Shown here piece after piece: positions 35,721-53,475 of a DNA stretch of 64,000 bases. The translations under genes were made by a program, and so were the position numbers. The notes under the pieces are model-generated. The model had not been told where the DNA came from. It was given only the letters and a program-made list of their open reading frames with translations, and ran no database searches. The stretch is from Piromyces finnis finn (lineage: Eukaryota; Fungi; Neocallimastigomycota). Each line of letters opens with the position of its first letter. Position 1 is the stretch's first letter. The DNA lies in assembly GCA_002104945.1 (NCBI GenBank), contig MCFH01000001.1, positions 248,001-312,000 on the forward strand, in the 5' to 3' direction.

Positions 35721-37045
35721 AACTTTATATTTTTATAATATATATATATTTATATTGATAGGTATTATCACCTAATATTATGTAATATCTCAAATAAATA
35801 AAATATAAGAAGTAGTGTATTCTCTTCCTAGTTTAAAAAAAAAAAATTGAAAATTTTATGGTATTGATCACTAAGGATTAAAAAGGCACAAAAAAAAAAA
35901 AATTTAAACAACAACCAAGAACATATGGCATTGCTAAAAAAAAAAAAAAAAAAAAAAAAGATAGACCATATTTCCAATTAGTTTAGAAATAAAATTTACA
36001 CTAAAATAAAAATAAAAAAAAAAAAAAAATTCAATTATAATAAACATAATAATAATGGTTTTCTAGTCTGATGAACATTGAAATGTATAACTATTTTAGT
36101 TGACAGTAAAAAATATATTTAATTTTTTTCTTTTAGAAAGGAAGAAAAGAAATTTTAATAATAATAGGAGAAGGAAGGAAAAGAATTTTTATTAGTTCAT
36201 TAAACTAAATTAGACACTTTTAAGTCACTTTCAGAATTTCTTATTATAATACATTATCTTTTATTAGTTATTGGGATATATATATATTATTATTATTATT
36301 ATTATTATTTCAAAAAATAAAAATATATTAGATTCTGGATCTAATATTACTATATTTCTCTTTTTTTTTTTTTTTTTTTCCTCAAAAAATCAAAAAATTC
36401 ATGGATCATGTTTTTTTCTTGTATTTGACAATAATTTCAAAAAAAAAAAAGTGTATATGTATATATGTATTTTTAAAAGCATTGATGATATTGATATTAT
36501 TGATATATTAGTAGGTAATCCAGAATAGATAGAGCAAGGATGCATCCACTTTAAAGATTTTTTAAGCGAAGGGAGAAAAAAAAAAAAAATTAAATATTTA
36601 ATTGTTATATTGCATTGGTAAAAACTGAATATAATTTTAAAAATAATAAATTTGAAAAGAATTTTACATTTTATTCATGCAATAAATTTGACATAGATTC
36701 AAACCATTAAGAAAAATCTTTTATAAAAACTCAACAGTTAAACAACAAACATTTTGAATAAAAGATTTTAAAATTAAAAAGAATTTTAATTATTTAAATA
36801 TAAAAGAAGTACTAAATGGTTTATTATTTTTTTTATCATTGTATATACCTAAGAAATATATGTTTATATATAACATTTATTTTATTTTAATATTATAATT
36901 TGTATTTTATAAATACATCATTTTTTATATCTACAATTAAAAAACTATATAAACTTTATTTTATAATAGAGGTATTATAACAATTTATTAAAAGTAATGA
37001 ATTAGTAAAATGCGAGTAAAATATAAAATGTAGTTTCATGAAGAA

Positions 37046-37076
<31 letters not shown>

Positions 37077-37639
37077 AAAGTTAAAAAGGAGAGAAAAAGA
37101 TATATATATATAATGATAATGATAATAATAAAATAAAGTATAAAATTTTAAATCCTATTATATATTTTAAATCTTATTATATATTTCTTTATAAGTTTAA
37201 AAGTATAGAATCTTTTTTATCATCAATTAAACTTTATAATGAACATTATTTTATAATAATTTTAGTAAAACCTTCAATTCTTATTATTCTTAATAATTTA
37301 TTTTTTTTTAAAGAAAAGAGTTAATCAAAGAAGGGTTAATATTTATTTTTATTTTTTTTTTTTTTCGTAATTTATTTTATATTTCCATTAATAAATAAAT
37401 CAAAGATCAAGAAAAAGAAAAAAGAAAATAGTACATTAATATTAAATATTATTTACTTTTTGAATATTATTACATGATATATATTTATTAATAGGAAAAG
37501 ATTAAAAGGTAAAATTAATAATAAAAAAACATAAACATAATAGTTAATAAACATTAAAATATACATATACATGAAAATAAACATAAATGATAGTTGATAA
37601 CAAACCTAATAACAATAACAAAATAATAAAAAACAAGAG

Positions 37640-37676
<37 letters not shown>

Positions 37677-39821
37677 TAAATATAAATAATGATAATGCAA
37701 ACTAATATTTATTTATATAATAACGCAACAATGAATCATTGTAATATTTATTATGATATAAATAATGAATAAGAAAATTTTATAAATTTTATTATATATT
37801 TATGATGAATATTGATATATATATATATATATATACATTAAAAGAAAATATGAAATTAACCCAAATTTGATAATAAAATAAATCTTTGATTCTTTTTCTT
37901 AAAAATTGTTTTAATAATCACGTTTATTTATTTTACAATTATTGATAAAGTAAAAGTAAAAATAGTAAAGATATCCATTCTTTAAAAAAAAAATATCCTA
38001 TAATTGAGATCAATTCTAAATTTTTAAGTAAAAAACAGAAGAAAAAAAAAATTAAACACATTAAATGTACCATTTTATAAGAAATACAAAATATATATTA
38101 TTCTTTTTTCTTTATCTAAATAGAATCATCAAAGATGTCTTTTTTTTTTTTTAGAAAAAAATGTCATGTACATCACCAATATATAAAGTATAACTAAAAA
38201 CTTTAACCATTATTTTACCCACAAAAGAAAAAAGTATTATGAAGTTGATATAATAATAGTACCTGATTATTTGTAAATGATTTAAATTACAACCACAAAA
38301 TAATGCCTATAATAAAAATTATAGTACCAATAATTTCTGGTATAATAATAAAAGATGAATAATAAAGTATTTTTATAATAATTAAATTTTTAGTGATAAA
38401 AATATATAAAATTTAAAGTTTATTTGAAATATAATTAGAATATATTAATTAATATACCGCATCAATAAAAAATTATAAAATTTTATATTTTCAAAAATAA
38501 AATTTATTTAATTTAATAAATTAAAAATATATTAATAAAATAAACTATAATTAATAATAAATTAAAAAATAGGGGATAAAAAATTCATTATTTTATTTTT
38601 AATAAACCAAAAAAAAAAAAATATTTGTAAATCCACCCAACATTTTTAATATCAATGAAAGATGATAATGATGCTTATTTTTTAATAATTTATAAATAGA
38701 AACCATTTTAAAAAGCACCAATAAATAAAACAACACCATAAATGATGGTTATTTAAAGTAAATAAAAATTAATATTCCTTTCCTTTTTTTTTTTTAAAGG
38801 AATAAATTTTTTGTTAATAAAGTAAAAAGAATATTACTTTGATTTTTATGACATGATACCCAAAATAAAATAATATAAAAAATAAATTATAAATAAAACA
38901 TTTTAATTAAAAATTTCAAATTGTAATGTAGAAAAAAAAAAATAAAACAACATCATGAAAAAGAAAAACTAAAAACTAAAAACTAAAAACAATACATTAG
39001 GTTAAAAATGTTTTTTTTTTTTTTTTCTGAACAACACTTCAATTTAAACCTTTTAATGTTACTTTTATTATTATAATGAATATTTAAAAAGGTTTATTAT
39101 TTTCAATAGATGAAATTTTTTATGTAACCAACAAAATTTTAAATAAAATTAAATATTAAAACAATATAATATTATCATTTTAATTAAATATTAATTAAAA
39201 ATTAAATATCCTTTGTAAACCTAATGATTTAATATTAAATATTAAAAAATCTAACTTTTTATTATTATTATAAATATTCTAAATATTCTATATAAATAAT
39301 ATCTTTTTTTTATTCTTTTAAATAATCATCAATCTATTTTTTTTTATATAATCTTCTTCGTTAACAACACACCTTCTTCTTCAATCTTTGTATGAAACTC
39401 TATATTAAATATCATCACTTTTAAATTATCAACGAAAAAATAAATAAATAAAATTAAATATTCAATAACAATAATTAAATTAAACATACCAATTCTAAAC
39501 TCTTTATGATAACAACAAATTATCAAACTATTAAATTATTTATTATATAAATACTAAAAACTCGAACATATCCATCATTTCAATTTCAAATTCATTCTAT
39601 ATCATCCTTCAATTTAATTATTAAACTTTTATTATAAAACTAAATATATATATATTTTTAATACACTATTGACATATAATAAATTTATATGTCATTTTAA
39701 TTGTTTTATTTAACATTAAATTCAATAAAATTTATCAATTTTATAATATATATTTTATTTACGGATACATACTTCAATTTTTATACTCTATATTTAAACA
39801 TAATTTAATAATATTATCAAA

Positions 39822-44477
<4,656 letters not shown>

Positions 44478-45329
44478 CTTTTATAATATCTGAAATTAAA
44501 AAAAAAACAACAAAAAACAAACCCAAAATCCCCAAAAATGACAACTAAAAAATATTAATTAATAGTAATAATAAAAAAAAAAAAAAAATACAAATAATTT
44601 CAAAAATTTAAAGACAAAATTAACAAATTAATCAAATAAAAATATTTGATTATCATTTATATAAAGTTATTATCCTTGATTTTGATGATAAACAAAAAAC
44701 AAAAAACAGGAAAATAACTAAATCATATATTATATATACTATACTTTATTACTATATCATAAAAAAAAAAAAAACTTATACTATTTAAAAGTAACATATC
44801 ATAAAAAAAAAACTTAGATATTTTTTAGTATTTAGATGTAAAATAATAACTAATATTATATATATATTGTATAAATTATAAAGATATATACATAGAATTC
44901 ATATAATTTTTAGTATGTAAAAAAAAAAAAGAATTTTATATATTTTAAGTTAATCTAAAAAAAAAAAAAAGATATAAATATATTTTTTTTTCTACCTTTT
45001 GTACACATATACTATTCTCTAAATAGTTTATATAAAAATTAATATACTATTTATATTATTAATATATATACTATTTCTATATAAATAATAATAATTGAAA
45101 TTAAATACTTTTTTTTTTCTTGTTGTTGTTGGTGTCAAGGTGTTATCAAAATATATATATATATATAAATATTTTTTTTTTCTTTTCATTTTATATTTCT
45201 TCAATATTGTTATATTTATAAGTTACAAAGATAAGCATTAGAAAAATTATTAATATATGGGTTAGATTATAATATTTAATTTTAAGTTTTTAAATTTATA
45301 ACATTTATAAGCTCTAAGAAATTTCAGTT

Positions 45330-45401
45330 GCCTGTTTGGCTTAGTGGTAGAGCGTCGCTCTTGTAAAGCGAAGGTCGGTGGTTCAATTCCGTCAATAGGC
45401 A
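45330..45401 (+). tRNA. tRNA-Thr(UGU), intronless
   Basis: Acceptor stem GCCTGTT/AATAGGC, D-loop AGTGGTA, anticodon stem TCGCT/AGCGA with loop CTTGTAA, T-arm GGTGG-TTCAATT-CCGTC, and a downstream T-run terminator. Confidence 0.93.
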
Positions 45402-46185
45402 ATTAATTTATTTTTAAAAATATTTCCTATTAATTTATTTTTTTTTTCCGTCAAAGGTTCAATTAATTAATAAAGAATTTATATCATTTAATGAATCATA
45501 GGATGTGCAAAATTTTTTCTTTTCTTTTCAAAGAATGTAATAAAAATTTTTAATTATTTATTTATCAATAATATATTCAATAGATACACGCACTCATTTC
45601 TTTATTATGCTTTACATAATTATTTTTTTGAAAAAAATAAACTATTCTATTGAAAGCATTATAAATTGTGAAAATGAAATAGAATATATTATAATATTTA
45701 ATAACTTGTAAGAAATGCTATTCAGTTTCTTTGTACAAATTATTAAATATATAATTATTTTCATAACTCAATTTTATTTTTGGTCAACAATAATTTCATC
45801 ATGTCTCACTACTCATTATCTTCTCAAATTCCATGATCATTACTTTAAGAAAATTCGTCGTAGTAAACCGATAAAAGTTTATTGGTAATAATAATATATG
45901 TGTATTTTTAAATTACTAGGTACTTTCTTATAGCTAAAAATTTAACAGGTCTTTTTAATATTTTAATTTGAAATTGACTGGTGATTGATAATTTATAATT
46001 TTACCAAAATTCATTATAGCAATGGTGGCTTTAAAAATAATACCTTTTTTATATTCTTATATTTCATATAATATTACAATAATGATATTTAAACAAATAA
46101 ATAATTATGGTATATTGATAGAAAGTATTACTCCAAATGACATATTAATAAAATTTTTATTCCATTTTGTGTTGTATATAAATGA

Positions 46186-46202
46186 ATGAATGAATGAATG
46201 AA

Positions 46203-46233
<31 letters not shown>

Positions 46234-46254
46234 ATAGATAAACAAATAAATACA

Positions 46255-46285
<31 letters not shown>

Positions 46286-46290
46286 ATTTA
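46186..46290. repeat. compound (AATG)n-(TAAA)n microsatellite
   Basis: Direct reading. Confidence 0.85.
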
Positions 46291-48526
46291 ATTAATTAAT
46301 AAACATTTTTAAACTATAAAATATCCAAGATAAAATACAAAAGCAATTTTAATTAAAGAAAAAATACTTTATTTCCCATAATATCTTTTTAAATTGTATA
46401 AAAGTATTAACTATCTTTCAATTCCACATCAATTTTCATTCCTTTACATTTTTTTTCTTTTCAGATTTTCATTCATTTTTTTTCAGTTTGAGAATCATGA
46501 ATAACTTTGATGTTGTAAATTACAAATTTCATATTAATTTTTTTATCCTTTCAAAAATGGTTAAATTAAAAGTTTACTTTTTAACTCTTTTGTACAAATT
46601 ATTATTGAAAATGTTTAATATATATTTTTAGTTTAATAATTATATATTTTTTTTCTTTTAGTAATGTCATTATGGGAAAACTTTTTAAAAGCTATTAGAA
46701 TAATTTTTTTAAAGTAACTTAATTTACCTAGTAAATGTAATTTAATGAGGTAAAAAAAAAAGGACTTTTAAAAGATTTTTTCTTTCATTTTTTATCCATT
46801 TTCCAATAAATGTAAAGCAAAAAGTTAATTAAAAATTTATAATAAATATTTTTTATCACAACAAAATTTAATAAATTATTTTCCATTTATATATATAATA
46901 CATATAACATAATAAATTCCATTATATTATTAAATTGAGTTTTTAAAAAATTGTTACATTTGGTATACAACAAATCTATTTAGAATTCTATTGGTTCTGT
47001 TTCAATTTTTAGTGTTACATTATAATATATTCTAATATATTATTCATGATTTTCCTTTAAGTTTTTTGGTAGTACAAATGTATGATGTCTGAAAAAAATT
47101 TTGTTAAAAACTTTTTCAATTAAGGCGATTTACTTATTACTATTGAGCAAAAATAGATGAAAGTTTAGAAAGCCTTTGGGGAAGGATAAAATACATTATA
47201 ATAATAAAAAATGTAATATCGGAGCATGTTGAATATTGAAATACGAGAAAAAAAACATTTAATAAATTTATTTATTTGTAAAAATACATATTTCCACCAT
47301 TTCATTAAACCTTTTAATATGATACAAAATTTTAATTTAATATTAATTTAATATATACTTTAAAATAAATTTAATTTTTTTTTTAAAAAAGTAAAAGTTT
47401 AATTAATATAAAAATATATATATATATATTTTGTTTGCTTTGCTATATTACTTTATTCTTTTAATGATACTTTTAACTTTATTTTTTTAAAATTTAATCT
47501 TTAAAGAAATAATAAATAATAATTAAATGTATATATAATTGGAAAAAAACAAAAAACAAATACTTAATTATACTATTGATAAGTGTATTAATATTATTCT
47601 GAATATTTATATTTAATTTTATTTGTAAGAAGTTTATTTTTTTTTAATATTCCATATACATTTATGAAATAATTATCATTATTCATAAATATAATATAAT
47701 TCATTTTATAATAAAACAAGATAAATTGAAACTTTTTTTTTTTTTTAAAAAAAAGAAAAAAGTAATAAACATTGTCTTTTGTTTGCAATCAAATTACATT
47801 TTTAGGTTTTTTTCTGATTTTTAAAAATTTTGATTAACATTAGCTTATCAATAATATTGTATTTAATATCATAGGATAATATATACTTTATATTAGTTTT
47901 ATTATATATAGAAAATACTTAGTTTTTTTAAAAAAAAAGTTTTAAAAAAACAAATTGATTCTATATTGTTATATATATATATACGTAGTTATTATTGTTG
48001 TTTCTTTAGATTATATTTTAATAAATAAATAGTAAAATTGTAAAAATTAAAAGAAATAAAAATAATAATAGAAATAAAATAAAATTGTAATAATAGGAAA
48101 AAAAAACAATAAGAGGAAAAATAAAAATAAAATTTAAGTAACAAAATAACAAAATAAATATTATAAAAAGATATATTAATTTTTATGAATTAAGCCTTTT
48201 TCATAAATTTTAATAGTAAAATAATAACAATAACAGTAATTAAAAAAATATCAATAAAAAAGAGAAAACAAAAAAAAAAAAAAAAAAAAGAGAAAGAAAA
48301 AAAAAACAATAATTGTAAGAAGCTAATAATAAATTCAATATAATTCGAAAGTAATAATAATCTATTAAACTTATTTGTCAATACTTGTTGAGCATTATAC
48401 AATTTGATAATACATATTTAAATATTCAATTATTTTTTAAATATATATAAAAGAAATAAACAACCTATATCTTTTAAATTCGATATCAATTGTCATTGCA
48501 TTTTACGAAAGTTTAAATAATAAAAA

Positions 48527-49003
48527 ATGAGAATTAAATCACTATCATATTTATTAATATCAAGTATATTTATAAAATCTATTCATGCAAAAAATCAATG
48601 TGAAATACTATATGATATTATAAATGAAATAACAGATAGTATACAGGATTTTACAAAAGTCTCAGATGTTAACATGGATTGTTGTGATTTAGATTTTATT
48701 GGTTGTGCAGATGAAGATGGCTCCAAAATTATTACTAATATGTAAACTATTTTAATAGAAAACAATAGTAATTTATAATGATAACTAATAATAAATTATT
48801 GTTTAACACTAACATAAAAATTTATTTTATAATTTTGTTGGTAATGATATATATAAAACAATTAAGTGAATTAAATGGTGAAAGATTTAAATTTGTTAAT
48901 CAAATACCCGAATCATTAACAAATTTAAGTAACCTTGAAAGAATGTAATAATTAAATATATTAGTTTTGTTTCTTTTCTTTTATTCTTTTAATAATAATA
49001 AAC

Positions 49004-49034
<31 letters not shown>

Positions 49035-49718
49035 CACCTTTTTTTTTATATATTATTAATTTTATTTTATATAGCGGTATTACTAAAGTTAATAATGGTG
49101 GTATTAAAATTCCTGATTTTCTCAGTAAATTAAAAAATTTAAATACATTGTAAATATAATTTTATTACTATTATAAAATTATAAGTATAATAAATAGCAT
49201 GAATTACTTAATTTTCTTGTTCAATTATATTATTATTTTAGAGAACTAATGGAAAACTATTTAGAAAAAGATTTCCCTGATGCTGTCATTAAAATTTCAA
49301 GTTTAAAAACATTGTAATTAAGTTTAAAAAGCATATTAATATTATGATTATAATATTTAAAAAACAAGAATTTAATTATAATATTTTAAATAAAAGATAT
49401 ATAAAAAATAATAATATAGGTGGCAATATCCCTGAGAGTATAGATGAATTATCTGAACTCGAATATTTGTAATAAACTCATGTATTTTTATATTAACCGT
49501 ATAAGATATATTTATTAATTTTATTATTAACGTCACTATTTTTAATAAATAAAATTATTAATAATTATTTATAGGTACATTCGCAATAATCTAATTAAAG
49601 GGAAAATTCCAAAAAGCATAGGAAACCTAAAAAATATTAAAGAAATGTAATTTGTTTTATCTATGCTTTTTGAATTTACATTATTATTATTATTAAGATT
49701 AACAATTTATTTCTGTAA

Positions 49719-49758
<40 letters not shown>

Positions 49759-51217
49759 ATAGACATCTTGATAATAATTTATTAGAAGGAGAGATACCAA
49801 AATCAATAGGAGATTTGACTCATATTAAAAAATTGTAATTCCCTTTTATATAATACTATATTATAAAATATTATATATAATAGTAAAATAATAAATTTAT
49901 TATAAAATATTATATATAATAGTAAAATAATTAATTTATTGAATGAATAACAATTAAAATTTTATAGACATTTAAATGGAAATAAGCTGACAGAAAAAAT
50001 TCCTGAAAGCATAGGAGAATTAGAAAATCTGGAATCACTGTAACTTTAAATTAATATAAAATTCATTTTATTATAAATACTTTTATTTATGAGAACTTTT
50101 TTATCTATTATATTTTCAATATTTATATGGGTGTATAATTATTTAGAGACTTGAGTGAAAATTCTCTTACTGGATTAATTCCAGATTCAATTGAAAATTT
50201 AAAGAAACTTAAATATTTGTAAATATTTTATCAATACTATTATTTCAACATTTTACTATACTATATTATTATATTAATATATTTTAATTTTTATTTACAG
50301 AAATTTATCAAAAAATAAGTTGAATGATGTCATTGATTTTTCTGGTAATTTACCAGAATTAAGTAAAATGTAAGTAATGAAATATTATTTTGATTCTTCA
50401 TTTATATATAAATATATAAATGAAAAAAGTTTTGTATTATTGATTAAATATTAATTTATTCCATTCAATTTTTTATTTTTTTTTATTATTTATAAAATAA
50501 TGAATGTAAAAAACATAATTCTATAAACACATTTATAATAATATAAATAGAGATTTATCAGAGAGTGGTTTATATGGTATTATTCCAAATTATCCAGACT
50601 CGGTAATTTCTTGTGAATTTAAAAGTGGAGAATTTTGTATTAAATTAAATGAGAAACCTTCCTGTTCTAAAATTACTACGGAATGTTCTCCAGAACTTTT
50701 AAAAAAAGTTGAAGAAGGAAGATCCTATCGTAGTTCTTTTTTTAAAAGAAGTGGTATTTCAAATTACATTTTACCATTAGTTATTATATTGGTTCCTCTA
50801 ATTATTTTAGCAATATTTTTGAAAGGATATAATATCTACAGTTTAAAAAAAGAAGATGATTTAATAGTAAAACATATTGATAGAATTAATAGTAAAAATT
50901 ATCAATCAGGATTAAAAGATATTAATTCGGATACTGGATCAGATGAATTATTATTAGTAACCCCCGATCATAGAAAATTGAGTCGATATGGTACACAATC
51001 CTCACCAAAGGCTATTTTTAGTGATTCTAATGAAAATGATGATGATTTACTTCATATTGAAAGGGAAATGACTGAATATTATAATAATCATACTAATCAT
51101 ACTACTACTACAACTACTACTACTACTAATAATAATCCTAATAATAATACTCCTTATAGTTCTTCTTACAATCAACCTTATACGCAAGTCCAATATAAAT
51201 TAAATAGGAATTTTTAA
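48527..51217 (+). CDS. secreted/single-pass LRR receptor-like protein (11 exons), no kinase domain
   Basis: Signal peptide MRIKSLSYLLISSIFIKSIHA; Cys cap; plant-type LRRs such as HLDNNLLEGEIPKSIGDLTHIKKL; Cys-rich C-cap; TM segment YILPLVIILVPLIILAIFL; ~130-aa low-complexity tail. Confidence 0.9.
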
Positions 51218-53475
51218 ATATTTGTTAAAGAAAAAATAATAAGATTTTTTAAAGAATAATTCTTTTTTTTTTTTTTTTAATGACTGTAAAAGACAATATA
51301 TATCTATATAATGTTGTGTATCATACAACATTATATAGGTATATTTTCTTCTTTAATAATAAATAAGAATTTTTCATATATAAATAAATTTTTATTATTA
51401 ATATGAAGGGTATATGGCGTCTATTAAATGTATAATATTCATTTATATTCATTATTCTTTAAAAAAGTAATAATAAATTTCAATAAATAATAATAATAAT
51501 AATAATAATAAAAAGAGTCAATATTATATGAAAGCATTTTTATAGTATTAAAAAAAGGAAATTATCAATTTTAATTTTTTTTTCTTTTTCTTTTTTAAAT
51601 ATAAGATTCATCCATCCACTTTTTTTATTTTATTAATAAATTAATCCTCTTTTTAATTCGTATATTAAAAAAAATTATTTAATATAAAAATATGATATTT
51701 TATTTGCGGTCAATTTTTATTATGTAAAATGTCAAACGGCGGTAATATTTAAAGATAAAAAAAAGTTTACTTTGAAAAATAAAATGTATATTTTTTAGCC
51801 TTTTTTTTCTTTTTCTTTTTATATTCATGCTTCATATTAGCATTGGTAATAGAATAAAAAAAAAAAAGTTATTCAACTTAGGATAGACCTTTTATATTAT
51901 TAAAAAAAAAAAAAAAGTAAAGCACATAAATGAAACCAAAAAGTATTTTTTAATTTCTTTTTTCATGTGATATAAAGGATAAAAAATCAAAATTTTTCAT
52001 TCCATTCAACATTTGACAGAATTTTCAAAAATTGAAAAATTGTTCGTTCAGTAATAAGAATTTTAGACAATGAACCGGATTAATAATAACAAATGACAAG
52101 TAGCAATGAAATGGATTCTTTCTTAACTCTTAAATAAAGGAAAGGATAAAGTAGACCTTTATTCCTTTTTTTTTTAAATAACCTATTCTTTTTTACTATT
52201 GTGTTTTTTTTTATAATAAAATATTAAATTGTTTTAAAAAAAAGTGTTTTAATTGTTTTCTTCATATTACATTTATTACATGTGATGAATAAATATAAAT
52301 AGATATATTGAATAATATATAAAAAATAGTAAAGTCTATTGTGTAACCCTATTGATTAAAAACCAAATTGGAATATTTTGTAAAACCAATTTCCTTAATT
52401 ATTATTGGATAAATGTAGATTGTTTATTAAACTCTATAAAAATTAAAATTCCATTCTTTCTTTTTTTAGTGAATATGTTTTAAAAGTTTAATTATATTTC
52501 ATTTGAATTTTAATATATATTTATTAGATTCTATATACTATACAATACTATATAATAATATATAATAATATATAATTATTATATATAAAAAAATTATTTG
52601 AATAAAAAAATTTTTTTCTTCATAAATTAAAATTTCATATTTTAATAATTATTAAAGTTTATAGTGTAATACAATATATTAAATAATCCTTTTATAAATG
52701 AATAAAAATAGTTCTATTATTTTATTATTTTTTATAATTATTAAGGTTTAGAGTTGAATGATTTTCAAGATAGAAAACAATTTACAAATGAAAGAATATA
52801 TTAAAAAATATTTTAAATATAGTTAATATATTGGTTTTAATATTGTGATGTCTTTAAAATATTCTTTTTTTTTTTTTCTTCTTAATATCACTTGTATTAT
52901 TCAAAAAAAAAAAAAAAAAAAGAGAAAAGAAAAAAGTTAATCAATCAATTAAATTAAAACTCTTTATTGACAAACGACAAGAGTTTTAATTTGAAGCTTA
53001 TTTTTTATTATTGCTATTATAATTTTACAATAAAAATTAATAATATTCTTAAAAGAAAAAAAATATATGTAAAATACTATCAATAATTAATATAATTTAT
53101 ATATGCAAAGGTGAATTAAAAGAAAAAAAGATCCAATATAGAATATTGTATTATTGTTTTTTTTTTTTTTTTTCTTAATATTAGATATTTTAAACGAAAC
53201 AAAAAGAATAATAGTAATAATTCAATATTTTATTTTATAGGAAGAAACAAAATTATTAAATAATCATATCTACATTCCTAAATTAAAAAAAAGAAATTGA
53301 AATTTCAAATAATTATATCAAGCTTATAAATTATATTTATATAGTTAAAGAGTAAACAATGATATTCAATTGTTGATCCTTTTTTAAAAAATTAATAAAT
53401 TAAAATTTTGATGAATACCAATAATAATTATATCCTATATATATATTTTCTTGAAAGAATTTGAAAATTGTAATA

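Noticed and set aside
45700-47350. Possible decayed coding or transposon remnant on the minus strand
   Set aside because: Only short, stop-riddled fragments with no recognisable motif.
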